Source of the DNA: an uncultured Chloroflexia bacterium
GTDB lineage: Bacteria > Chloroflexota > Limnocylindria > Limnocylindrales > CSP1-4
Reading direction: 5' to 3'
Assembly: GCA_963812745.1 (NCBI GenBank)
Contig: CAWEWE010000004.1
Coordinates: forward strand, 332,734 to 396,733
DNA length: 64,000 nucleotides
Shown here: positions 51,940 to 61,477 of the stretch, in pieces
How positions within the stretch are numbered: position 1 is the stretch's first letter
Layout of the letters: every line of letters begins with the position of its first letter
Made by a program: the position numbers and the translations under genes
Notes under the pieces: generated by a model
Database searches by the model: none
Told to the model about the DNA's origin: nothing
What the model saw: the letters and a program-made list of their open reading frames with translations, nothing else

Positions 51940-52538
51940 TTCTTCGTTGCCTCCTCGATGGATCCTGCGCCCCTCGCCATGACCACCGTTCCGGTCCGGA
52001 CGAGCTCCTTGATGCCATAGGTCCGCACGAGCGACACGAACGTGTCGATCTCGCTCTCCGTGCCGGTGACCTCCGCGATCACCGACCCCTCCACGAGGTC
52101 GACGACGCGTCCGCGCGACAGCTCCACCATCCGGAGGATCTCGTCACGGTTCGACTCCGTGGCGCGCACTTTCACGAGCGCGAGCTCGTGCGCGACGGTC
52201 GGCTCCGAGGTGACGTCCTGGACCTTGAGGACGTCGATCAGTCGATACAGCTGCTTGGCCGCCTGCTCCACCGCCACGTCATCGCCGTGGAGGGTGATCG
52301 TCATCCGGCTGACGTCGTCGCGATCGGTGTGGCTGACGGCCAGCGAATCGATGTTGAAGTTGCGCGCGCGCATGAGGCTGGCGACCCGGTTCAGCACGCC
52401 CGGCTTGTTGAGGACCACCGCCACCAGGACGTGGCGACGCGTTTCGCCACTGCCGGGCAGGGCGCGTGGCGGTGGGACGGCGTGGGCCGGTTGGGTAGAT
52501 CCGGCCGGGACCTTGCCGTTCGAGTCGGGGTTGCTCAC
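51936..52538 (-). CDS. ilvN: acetolactate synthase small (regulatory) subunit
   Basis: ACT domain [37 protein letters not shown] 52536-52538 overlaps the ilvB stop (GTGA). Confidence 0.85.
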   Translation of the reverse strand: MSNPDSNGKVPAGSTQPAHAVPPPRALPGSGETRRHVLVAVVLNKPGVLNRVASLMRARNFNIDSLAVSHTDRDDVSRMTITLHGDDVAVEQAAKQLYRLIDVLKVQDVTSEPTVAHELALVKVRATESNRDEILRMVELSRGRVVDLVEGSVIAEVTGTESEIDTFVSLVRTYGIKELVRTGTVVMARGAGSIEEATKK

Positions 52539-54401
52539 TCGTCGGCCCCACCCCAGTTCTCGATGAGGTCGGACAGGCCCTTGCCCGCCGGCATCATCGG
52601 GAAGACGTTCTGCTCCTCGGCGATCTCGAACCAGATGAGGGCCGGACCATCGACGCCCTGGGCGAAGCGGATCGCCTCGTCCACCTCGCCCGGGGTCGAC
52701 GCCTTCACGGCTGGGATCCCGAACGCCTCGGCGAGCTTCAGGTAGTCGGGGCCGAGCAGGTGTGCCGAGTGGTAGTTGCCCCCGTAGATGATCTCCTGCC
52801 ACTGGCGGATCATCCCGAGCTTCTTGTTGTCGAACAGGGCGATCTTGACCGGGATCCGGTCCTGGACCAGGGTCATCAGCTCCTGGAAGGTCATCTGGAA
52901 CCCACCGTCGCCGGTGATCGCCCAGGTCTCGCGGTCCGGGCGGCCGAGGGCCGCGCCCATCGCCGCCGGCACGCTGAAGCCCATCGTCCCGAGGCCGCCC
53001 GACGAGACGTGCTGGTTCGGCTCGCGGAAGCCCGTGTAGCGCGCCAGCCACATCTGGTTCTGCCCGACGTCGGCGACATAGGTCGCCCGGTGGTCGCTCA
53101 GCTCGCCGATGCGCTGCACGACGTAATCGGCCGACAGGAGCCCGTCGCGCCACGCCCCGGAGCCATGCCATGACGACGACTCGGAGTCGCGCCGCCATTC
53201 GGCGAGCTGATCGAGGTACTCAGCGCGGTCCGCCAGCGGCGTCTCGGGGACCATGCGGGTGAGTGCCTGCGAGGACGCGCTTGGCGTCGCCCACGATGGG
53301 CACCTCGACCGCGACGTTCTTGCCGATCTCGGCGGGGTCGATGTCGGCGTGGACGATCCGCGCATACGGGGCGTAGGTGCGCACGTTGCCGGTGACGCGG
53401 TCGTCGAAGCGCATGCCGATGGCGATCAGCAGGTCGGCCGACTGGATGGCCCGGTTGACGTGCTTCCAGCCGTGCATGCCCATGTAGCCATACGCCAGCG
53501 GGTGGGTCTCGTCCATGGCCCCGATGCCGAGCAGCGTCCACGCCACCGGGATCGAGGTCTTCTCGGCGAACGCGCGCAGGTCGTCCCAGGCCTCGGCGTG
53601 TAGCACCCCGTGGCCGGCCAGGATGACCGGGCGCTTGGCGGCCGCGATCTCGGTCACCGCGGTCTTGAGCTGGCGGCCGTGCCCCTCGAGGTTGGGCCGG
53701 AAGCCGGGCAGGCCCGCGACGACCTCCTCGTCGGTCGGATGTTCGGCGCGGGTCTCCTGCTGGAGCGCGTCCTTGGTGATGTCGATGTGGACCGGGCCGG
53801 GCCGGCCGGTCCGCGCGATATGGAACGCCTCGGCGACGACCCGCGGCAGGTCGTTGGCGTCGCGGACCAAGTAGTTGTGCTTGGTCATCGGCAGGGTGAT
53901 GCCGTTGATGTCGATCTCCTGGAAGGCATCCTTGCCGATCAGCGCCGCAGGCACGTTGCCGGTGATCGCCACCATCGGGACCGAATCCAGGAGGGCCGTC
54001 CCGATGCCAGTCACGAGGTTGGTCGCGCCCGGCCCGGACGTTCCCATACACACGCCGACGCGACCCGTGACGCGGGCGTAGCCGTCGGCCGCGTGGGCGC
54101 CGCCCTGTTCGTGGCGGACGAGGACGTGGCGGAGCTCCGGGTAGTCGCCGAGGACGTCGTAGAGGGGCAGGATGACGCCGCCGGGGTAGCTGAAGAAGAC
54201 GTCGACGCCCTGGCGAAGGAGCGCTTCACACAGCACGTCGGCACCGATCCGCGTGCGCTTGAGGTCGCGTGCCTCGTGGAGCATGTCCTTGCGGGCCTGC
54301 TCGACGGCCGAGGCGTGCACCGACCCGTCGCCGGGCACGTGGCTGCGACGCGGTCTCGGCGCCGGACTCGGCGGTTTCTCGGGATCGGTCCTGATCGTCA
54401 T
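52535..54401 (-). CDS. ilvB: acetolactate synthase large subunit with one apparent frameshift near 53250-53290
   Basis: N-terminal and middle TPP-enzyme domains lie in ORF 53220..54401 (GADVLCEALLRQGVDVFFSYPGG...). The C-terminal TPP-binding domain lies in ORF 52535..53365 (..GLGTMGFSVPAAMGAALGRPDRETWAITGDGGFQM..). Confidence 0.85.
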
Positions 54402-54434
54402 GGCGGCCCCTCAGTTCGTGTCAGACAAACGAAA

Positions 54435-54458
54435 GACCCTCGCCACCCGGCGAGGGTC
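54435..54458 (-). terminator. attenuator-type terminator GACCCTCGCC-ggg(t)-GGCGAGGGTC followed by UUUCGUUUGUCUG on the ilvB-sense strand, ~20 nt upstream of the ilvB RBS
   Basis: Seen in the sequence. Its position in the ilvB leader and the U-rich tail fit transcription attenuation. A Leu/Ile/Val-rich leader ORF candidate lies at 54488..54697 (-). Confidence 0.5.
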
Positions 54459-54849
54459 CCTTCGGTGATGCGTTGGTGTCGTGACGCCTAGCGTCCGTCC
54501 TCTCGCATCCCTCCGTTCTCCCGCCGGGAGCCGGTAATAAGGCCGAGAAGGCCGTCCAGCCCCAGGAGCGAGCGAATAAGCGCGAGGAGCGATACGTCGG
54601 CGAGCGGACTCGACTCGAGCGGCATGTGGACGCGGCGGCCATCCGTCGTGATCACGACGGCGACTGCACGCTGGTCCTGCCGATCGAAACGGCCCAAGCT
54701 GGCCTCCAGACGCTCGATCCGCCCGGTCAGAGCCGTGCGGTTCGCGAAAGTCTAGCAGGGATGGACCTTGCGTCAACGTCCCCCCGATGGTCCTAGCCAT
54801 GACAGCCACGTGGCGACGCCCGCTCCCGACGTCGGCGGGCGCTCGTCAG

Positions 54850-56430
54850 TCAGCGCGCCTCCGCCCCGAAGCCCGAGGACCGGAAGCCCGAGCCGAACCG
54901 GAGGCCCTGGTCGCGGACCAGCTCGTCGAGGTCCACGGTCTCGGTCGACGGCCGCTCCAGCGGCACGCCGAGGAGATAGCCCTGACCGGCGCGGATGCCA
55001 AGCGACCGCACGAACTCGAGCTGCTCGACGGTCTCGATGCCCTCGGCGATGACCAGCGCGCCCCACCGGTCGGCGAGGTCCTTGAGCGTCTCGACGACCT
55101 CCTGCGACGTCGCGCGGACGACACCGCCCTGGATCAGCGAGAGATCGATCTTGACGATGTCGAACCGCAGCTGGGACAGCAGCCGCAGGCCGGCGTTGCC
55201 GGCGCCGACGTCGTCGGCCGCGATGCGCATCCCCGCGGCGCGACACGCGTCGACCGCGCGGCTGAGCCGGTCCATGTCCTCGACGGCCTCGCGCTCGGTC
55301 AGCTCGAGCACGATGCGGCCCGGATCGACGCCGTGCCGGTTCGCGAGCTGGACGAGGCCGTGGACGCTGAACTGGTCCGACTCGAGCGAGCGCGGCGAGA
55401 TGTTGAGCGTCAGGCTGCCCGGCAGCGACAGGCGGGCGAACGCGGCGATCGATGTCGTGAGGCTGGCGAGGTCGAGCTCGACGGTCCGGCCGAACGCCTC
55501 GGCCGCGGTGAACAGCTCGGTCGCGTCGGCGAAGCCGGAGCCCGGCATCGGCCGGCTGAGCGCCTCGAAGCCGCGCGGGCGGCCCGACCGCAGATCGAAG
55601 ATCGGCTGGAAGACCGTGTTGAGCGCACCAGCGGCGGCCACCTGTGCGACGAGCCCCGCCCGACCGGCGACCGAGCGCTCCATGCCGGGCGAGCCGTGGC
55701 GCTCGGGCTCGAAGATCGAGACGCACGTGCGGCCGTGCTTCTTGCCGTATGCCAGCGCCGCATCCGCCTCGCGATAGAGCGTGGCCCGATCGGGTGCGGT
55801 GCCGGGTGCCGCGGCGATGCCCACCGTGAACGACCACGGCTGCATCGGCGCCCCGTCCCGTCTGCGGCGATCATCCACGCCGCGCTCCAGCACCGTCGCC
55901 AGGATCCGGCGCATCGCCAGGTAGGCGCCATCGGCATCCACACCGGGCATCAGCACCGCGAACTCGTCGCCACCGATGCGGAAGACCTGGTCGCCGCGGC
56001 GCAGGCCGGCTGTCAGCACGCCCGCGATACCGACCAGCACGCGGTCGCCGCCGGCGTGGCCCTCGGCCTCGTTGACCTTGCCGAAATCGTCGAGGTCGAG
56101 GATGGCCAGCGAGAGTCGGCTGTTGTAGCGGGTAGAACCGACCCACTGGCGCTCGAGCTCTTCCTGGAACGCGCGATGGTTGCCGAGACCGGTCAGGGCG
56201 TCGCGCAGCGACTCGGCGCGCGCTCGGGTGTAGGCGTCCTCGAGGACGACCCGTGCACGGTCCAGCCGTTCGGCCGGCTCCAGGATCCGCTTCGCGAGCC
56301 AGACCGTGAGTCCGCCGAGCGCGAGCGAGAGCGCCGCGATCCCGGCGGTCGGCAGGAGGATCGACGCACCGTCACCGATGCTGAGCGAGTAGATGACCGG
56401 TGTGGCCAGCGCGACCGGGATCGCGAACAT
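54850..56430 (-). CDS. membrane-anchored GGDEF-EAL protein, close paralog of the 33045 gene (N-terminus probably extends upstream of 56430)
   Basis: LTGLGNHRAFQEELERQ, RIGGDEFAVLMPG, and EAL motifs (FQPIFDL, ELTEREAVEDM, DDVGAGNAGL, QGYLLGVP). In-frame sequence upstream of the annotated Met encodes another TM segment (LFLALIT-MFAIPVALATPVIYSL). Confidence 0.8.
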   Translation of the reverse strand: MFAIPVALATPVIYSLSIGDGASILLPTAGIAALSLALGGLTVWLAKRILEPAERLDRARVVLEDAYTRARAESLRDALTGLGNHRAFQEELERQWVGSTRYNSRLSLAILDLDDFGKVNEAEGHAGGDRVLVGIAGVLTAGLRRGDQVFRIGGDEFAVLMPGVDADGAYLAMRRILATVLERGVDDRRRRDGAPMQPWSFTVGIAAAPGTAPDRATLYREADAALAYGKKHGRTCVSIFEPERHGSPGMERSVAGRAGLVAQVAAAGALNTVFQPIFDLRSGRPRGFEALSRPMPGSGFADATELFTAAEAFGRTVELDLASLTTSIAAFARLSLPGSLTLNISPRSLESDQFSVHGLVQLANRHGVDPGRIVLELTEREAVEDMDRLSRAVDACRAAGMRIAADDVGAGNAGLRLLSQLRFDIVKIDLSLIQGGVVRATSQEVVETLKDLADRWGALVIAEGIETVEQLEFVRSLGIRAGQGYLLGVPLERPSTETVDLDELVRDQGLRFGSGFRSSGFGAEAR

Positions 56431-56734
56431 GGTGATCAGCGCGAGGAACAGGCGCAGCCGGACGACACGCAGGTCGGTCGACCTGTCGAAGATCGTGTCC
56501 TCCGGATCGCGGGCGTCGGGAATCGGAGCGCTGGTCTGGATGATCGGCCTCCGGATCGGGCGAGGTCCGGCGGGATGGGCGACGCGGTGCCGGTCGCGTC
56601 GTTATACGCCGCTCAGGCCGTGGCGCGTACGGGCACCGTCGTACCGCCCGCGATAGGACCTCCGGACACGCTCTGCTACCCTTCCGGCCGCAAGGCGGCC
56701 GCCGCACACCAGCCATCCGGAGACCCGCGCACCG

Positions 56735-58174
56735 ATGACATCCTCGCGAACGATCGTCGACAAGATCTGGGCCGACCACGTCGTCGCCGAGGATCCCGGC
56801 TCTCCGGCCGTGCTCGCGGTGGACCTCCACCTCATCCACGAAGTGACATCGCCGCAGGCGTTCACCGGCTTGCGCGAGCGCGGCCTCGGCGTCCGTCGAC
56901 CGGGCCAGACCGTGGCGACCGCCGACCACTCGATCCCGACCACGCCACGAAACCTGCCGATGCTGGACCTCCAGGCGGCCGCGCAGATCGGCCAGCTCGA
57001 GCGCAACTGCGCCGACTTCGGGATCCCGCTCCACGGGATCGGCTCGCCGTCGCAGGGCATCGTCCACGTCATCGGGCCGCAGCTCGGGCTCACCCAGCCC
57101 GGGATGACCATCGTGTGCGGCGATTCGCACACTTCGACCCATGGCGCGTTCGGGGCGTTGGCATTCGGGATCGGGACGAGCGAGGTCGAGATGGTCCTCG
57201 CTACGCAGACGCTGCTCCAGCGCCGGCCGAAGACCTACGAGGTCCGCGTCGATGGACGGCTCGCGGCCGGCGTGTCGGCCAAGGACATCATCCTCGCGCT
57301 GATCTCCCGGATCGGGGTCGGCGGCGGTACGGGCCATGTCTTCGAGTACCGGGGCGAGGCCATCCGGGCGCTGACGATGGAACAGCGCATGACCGTGTGC
57401 AACATGAGCATCGAGGGCGGGGCACGAGCCGGGCTGATCGCCCCGGACGAAACGACGTTCGACTACATGCACGGCCGGCCGCATTCGCCCCAGGGCGCCG
57501 ATTGGGACGCCGCGGTCGAGCGCTGGCGGGGTCTGCCGACCGACGACGGCGCGACCTTCGACCGGTCGATCACGATCGACGCGAACGCGCTCGAGCCGAT
57601 GATCACCTACGGGACGAACCCGGGGATGGGCATCCCGATCACGTCGCGCGTGCCCTCGCCGGACGACGAGACCGACCCCGCGCAGCGCCGCGCGCTCGAG
57701 CACGCGCTGTCCTATATGGATCTCCAGCCTGGTCAGCCGATCCTCGGCCAGAAGGTCGACGTCGTGTTCGTCGGGTCGTGCACCAACGGCCGCATCAGCG
57801 ACCTGCGGCTGGCAGCCGCCGCCCTCAAGGACCGACGCGTCGCCGATGGCGTGCGCCTGATGGTCACGCCCGGGAGCGATGAGGTGAAGCGCGAGGCCGA
57901 GCGCGAAGGTCTGGCTGACGTGTTCAGGGCGGCCGGCGGCGATTGGCGCGAATCGGGCTGCTCGATGTGCATCGCGATGAACGGCGACCAGCTCACGCCG
58001 GGTCAGTACGCGGTGAGCACGTCGAACCGCAACTTCGAGGGCCGGCAGGGCAAGGGCGGACGTACGTTCCTCGCGTCGCCGCTGACCGCCGCCGCGTCCG
58101 CCATCACCGGCGTCGTGACGGACCCGCGAACGCTGCCCGGCATCGAGAGCATGGCCGCGGTGGGCGGCCGCTGA
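56735..58174 (+). CDS. leuC: 3-isopropylmalate dehydratase large subunit
   Basis: Aconitase-family motifs [27 protein letters not shown] and [12 protein letters not shown]. 479 aa. Confidence 0.9.
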   Translation: MTSSRTIVDKIWADHVVAEDPGSPAVLAVDLHLIHEVTSPQAFTGLRERGLGVRRPGQTVATADHSIPTTPRNLPMLDLQAAAQIGQLERNCADFGIPLHGIGSPSQGIVHVIGPQLGLTQPGMTIVCGDSHTSTHGAFGALAFGIGTSEVEMVLATQTLLQRRPKTYEVRVDGRLAAGVSAKDIILALISRIGVGGGTGHVFEYRGEAIRALTMEQRMTVCNMSIEGGARAGLIAPDETTFDYMHGRPHSPQGADWDAAVERWRGLPTDDGATFDRSITIDANALEPMITYGTNPGMGIPITSRVPSPDDETDPAQRRALEHALSYMDLQPGQPILGQKVDVVFVGSCTNGRISDLRLAAAALKDRRVADGVRLMVTPGSDEVKREAEREGLADVFRAAGGDWRESGCSMCIAMNGDQLTPGQYAVSTSNRNFEGRQGKGGRTFLASPLTAAASAITGVVTDPRTLPGIESMAAVGGR

Positions 58175-58176
58175 CG

Positions 58177-58797
58177 ATGGCAGAGCCGTTCCGGATGTTC
58201 ACGAGCAAGGTCGTGCCGATCGACGCCGAGAACGTCGACACCGATCAGATCATCCCGGCGCGCTATCTCAAGGTGACCGACAAGGTCGGTCTCGCCGATG
58301 CCCTGTTCCGCGACTGGCGCTTCGAGGAGGACGGCTCGCTCAAGGATCCGCCGTTCATCCTCGACACCGCGGGCATGGCCGGGCGCCAGATCCTGCTGGT
58401 CGGCGACAACTTCGGGTCCGGGTCGTCGCGCGAACACGCCCCCTGGGCGCTGACGTCATGGGGCGTCCGCGCCATCCTGTCGACCGGCTTCGCCGACATC
58501 TTCAAGAGCAACAGCCTCAAGAACGGGCTGCTGCCGATCGAGGTGACGCCGGAGATCCACGGCCGGCTGCGCGAGCTGCTCGAGCGCGATCCCGACGCGG
58601 CATTGACCGTCGACCTCGCCGAGGAAGGCGTGCTGCTGCCGGACGGTTCGACGATCGACTTCGTGATCGATCCGTTCGCCAAGCGGATGCTGCTGGCCGG
58701 GACCGACGAGCTCGGCTACCTCCTGTCGAAGGAGGCGGACATCAGCACATGGGAAGCGTCGCACCCGCCGCGCATCGAGACCCGAGCGACGGCCTAG
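58177..58797 (+). CDS. leuD: 3-isopropylmalate dehydratase small subunit
   Basis: MAEPFRMFTSKVVPIDAENVDTDQIIPARYLK...GDNFGSGSSREHAPWAL. The ATG lies 2 nt after the leuC stop. Confidence 0.9.
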   Translation: MAEPFRMFTSKVVPIDAENVDTDQIIPARYLKVTDKVGLADALFRDWRFEEDGSLKDPPFILDTAGMAGRQILLVGDNFGSGSSREHAPWALTSWGVRAILSTGFADIFKSNSLKNGLLPIEVTPEIHGRLRELLERDPDAALTVDLAEEGVLLPDGSTIDFVIDPFAKRMLLAGTDELGYLLSKEADISTWEASHPPRIETRATA

Positions 58798-59147
58798 CCC
58801 CCGTGGATCAGGCGGGCCGTGGCGCGGCCCAACGCGGCTGGATCGGGCGGAGCATCGTGCGGCGGGCGCAGACAGCACAGCCGAGGTGTGGGGTCGGGCC
58901 GTGCTGGCGATGTGCCTCGACGGCTGCGCGGAGGACACGGAAGGGCCGTGTCGCGGCATGGCGCACGGGGCGGGTCATGGTCGATGGCCTCCGGGCTAGC
59001 GGCGGGTCAGTGATGGTTCGAGCATCGGCGAGGCGGGCGCTCGTACCCACGGACGGAGGGCGACCGTCGGATTGGACGACCGACGAGGTCCGGCGACGAC
59101 ATGCGGCCGTTCGGAACCGCAAGCCCGGTCGGTCCGTCACGTGGCGC

Positions 59148-59669
59148 ATGAACATCCTTCGATCGACCGGCCGCTTCGGCGCCGGCACCCTGGCCATCGC
59201 CCTGCTGCTGGCTGCCTGTTCGAGCGGCGGTGCGGCACCATCGGCTAACCCGAGCCAGCCACCGTCCGACACACCCGTCAGCGCTCCGCCCAGCACCGGC
59301 AACGGTTCGGACCCCGGACCCGTCATCGGGGCGAAGCCGGTGGTCCCGAAGCCGGGTCAGGCGATCGGCCTCCATCCGGTCCCCGCCGAGGAGCTCAGAG
59401 CCCGCGTGGACGGCAACAAGATCATCGTGACCGCCATCTGGACGACCGGCGTGGAACCCTGCACGATCCTCGACTCCATCGTCGTCGACAAGGGCGAGGG
59501 CACCTACACGATCACGCTCCGCGAGGGCAGTAGCCCGCAGGAGATCGCCTGCATCGCGCTCGCCGAGCAGCACGTGACCGAGTTCGAGATCCCCGACGTC
59601 GCCGCCGGCGACTGGACGATCAGCGATTCCGGCGGCGTCGCGCCACCCGTCGCCGTCACGGTCAGCTAG
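59148..59669 (+). CDS. lipoprotein of unknown function (173 aa)
   Basis: Signal peptide with lipobox LLLAAC, a Ser/Pro-rich linker, then a ~110-aa domain (..KIIVTAIWTTGVEPCTILDSIVVDKGEGTYTITLREGSSPQEIACIALAEQHVTEFEI..). Confidence 0.5.
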   Translation: MNILRSTGRFGAGTLAIALLLAACSSGGAAPSANPSQPPSDTPVSAPPSTGNGSDPGPVIGAKPVVPKPGQAIGLHPVPAEELRARVDGNKIIVTAIWTTGVEPCTILDSIVVDKGEGTYTITLREGSSPQEIACIALAEQHVTEFEIPDVAAGDWTISDSGGVAPPVAVTVS

Positions 59670-59717
59670 GGGACCGCGCGGCGACGGGCACGCCGCGCAC
59701 CGAACCACACCGAACCG

Positions 59718-59747
59718 CCCCGGACCGCACACGTCCGGGGCGTTCTC
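59718..59747. terminator. hairpin CCCCGGAC-cgcacac-GTCCGGGG followed by CGTTCTC
   Basis: Seen in the sequence 50 nt after the lipoprotein stop and before the MarP-like gene. Confidence 0.5.
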
Positions 59748-59772
59748 ATGACCCCTGTGCGACGATCGGTCC

Positions 59773-60960
59773 GTGAACCCGCTCGACCTCGTGGCCATCA
59801 TCCTGGTCGTCCTCGCCGTGGTCCTCGGGTTCAGCTCCGGCGCACTGCCCCAGGTCGGCGGGCTGCTCGGCGCCGTCGGCGGCGGCGCGCTGGCGGTCCT
59901 CGCGATCACCCGGCTCGTCGAGCCGCTCGACGCGATCCCCGTCAATGTCCGCCCGTACGCGGTGCTCGCGGTGCTCCTGATGGCCGTCGGCATCGGCAAA
60001 TCCGTCGGCTCGGCGATCGGGCGAACCGCCGCGCGATCGCTGGGCTCCGGCATCCTCGGTGCGGCGGATCGAGTCGCCGGCGGGCTGACCGGCGCCGCAC
60101 AGGCGCTTCTCGTGGTGTGGCTGGCCGGCGGGTTGCTGGCGATCGGGCCCGTGCCCAGGCTCACCGAGGCGGCCCAGACATCGACCGCGATCCGCACCCT
60201 GAACGCGGTCCTGCCCCCACCCGACGCGATCGCCGGCGAGCTGGGCCAGCTCCTGGGCGATTCCGGTCTGCCCGATGTCTTCGTCGGCTTCGAGCCGCTC
60301 CCGCGTCCCCCGGTCGACATTCCCACGGACGCCAGCGCGCGGCAGATCGCCGAGCTCGCGGAGGGGAGCACCGTGCGGGTCCTGGCCATCGTCTGCGGCG
60401 ACCGCGCCGCCGGCAGCGGCGTTGCCGTCGCAGACGGGTACGTCGTCACCAACGCCCACGTGGTCGCCGGATCGCGTGATGGCGCGGTCAGCGTCGCGAC
60501 CGTTCGTGGCGACCCGGTCGACGCGCGCGTCGTCCTGTTCGACCCGCTCCTCGACGTGGCTCTGCTCCACGCCCCGGACCTCCGCGCGCAGGCGCTGCGG
60601 TTCGCCAGCCGCGACCCGGGCCGGGGGATCGCCGGGGCGGCGCTCGGCTATCCGGGCGGCGGCTCGCTGACGATCGTGCCTGCGGCCGTCACCGGTGCCT
60701 ATCGCGCGACCGGGCGCGACATCTACGGGCGCCTGCGGGTCGATCGCGACATCCTCGAGCTCCGCGCCGAGATCGAACGTGGCGACAGCGGCGGTCCGTT
60801 CGTGTTGCGGGACGGGACCATCGGTGGCCTCGTCTTCGCCGAGGCGCGGACGGACCAGGATGTCGGCTACGCGCTGAGTCCGACCTCGGTGGCGGTGCGC
60901 ATCACGCCGTCGCTCGGGCGGACGGGCGCGGTCGAGACGGGGAGCTGCCTGCGGACCTAG
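59773..60960 (+). CDS. CvpA-family membrane domain fused to trypsin-like (S1) serine protease, MarP-like
   Basis: Four N-terminal TM helices, then a protease domain with His (VVTNAHVV), Asp (DVALL) and Ser (GDSGGP) triad motifs. The architecture matches the mycobacterial MarP/Rv3671c family. Confidence 0.8.
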   Translation: MNPLDLVAIILVVLAVVLGFSSGALPQVGGLLGAVGGGALAVLAITRLVEPLDAIPVNVRPYAVLAVLLMAVGIGKSVGSAIGRTAARSLGSGILGAADRVAGGLTGAAQALLVVWLAGGLLAIGPVPRLTEAAQTSTAIRTLNAVLPPPDAIAGELGQLLGDSGLPDVFVGFEPLPRPPVDIPTDASARQIAELAEGSTVRVLAIVCGDRAAGSGVAVADGYVVTNAHVVAGSRDGAVSVATVRGDPVDARVVLFDPLLDVALLHAPDLRAQALRFASRDPGRGIAGAALGYPGGGSLTIVPAAVTGAYRATGRDIYGRLRVDRDILELRAEIERGDSGGPFVLRDGTIGGLVFAEARTDQDVGYALSPTSVAVRITPSLGRTGAVETGSCLRT

Positions 60961-61373
60961 TTCGGCCGGCCGGGCGTCAGCTCCGAGATCCAGTGGGCGA
61001 CCGCGCGCATGACCTTGTCACGGATCTTCGGCTGGTTCGCGAGGAGCGAGGTGAACTCCCGATGGCCGACCACCAGCAGGGTCGCCGGTGTCGCCGCCAT
61101 GGCCGTCGCCGTCCGCGGGGCCTTACCGAGGAGCGCCAGCTCACCGAAGAAGTCTCCCGGCCCCATGGTGTTGACGCGCTTGCCCGCCTTGCTGATGTCG
61201 ATCTTGCCGTCGAGGATCACGAAGAACTCGTGCCCGGACGCGCCTTCCTCCGTGAGGACCTTGCCAGCGTTCACCGTGACCTCGTCGGCAAGCTTGCTGA
61301 CCGCGGCGAGGTCTCGCTCGCTCAGGTCCGCGAAGAGCGGACATTTCGACAGCATCGTGGCCTTCTGATCCAT
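60957..61373 (-). CDS. cyclic-nucleotide-binding domain protein (139 aa)
   Basis: cNMP-binding motifs FFVILDGKIDISK...GPGDFFGELALL...RTATAMA. Start at MDQKATML. Confidence 0.7.
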   Translation of the reverse strand: MDQKATMLSKCPLFADLSERDLAAVSKLADEVTVNAGKVLTEEGASGHEFFVILDGKIDISKAGKRVNTMGPGDFFGELALLGKAPRTATAMAATPATLLVVGHREFTSLLANQPKIRDKVMRAVAHWISELTPGRPN

Positions 61374-61477
61374 CGCCCTCGACCATCCCTCCTCGCAGTG
61401 ACCCCTCAGGTTCCGGTCGCGGCAGCATACGCGCTGGGTCCTTCCACTGGAAGGTCGGATGCAGCGGCTATCCTCCC

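Noticed and set aside
54787-57882. 1031-aa plus-strand ORF
   Set aside because: It is Arg/Asp-rich nonsense that runs across the minus-strand GGDEF-EAL gene and, out of frame, across leuC. Real genes with clear motifs occupy the same DNA.
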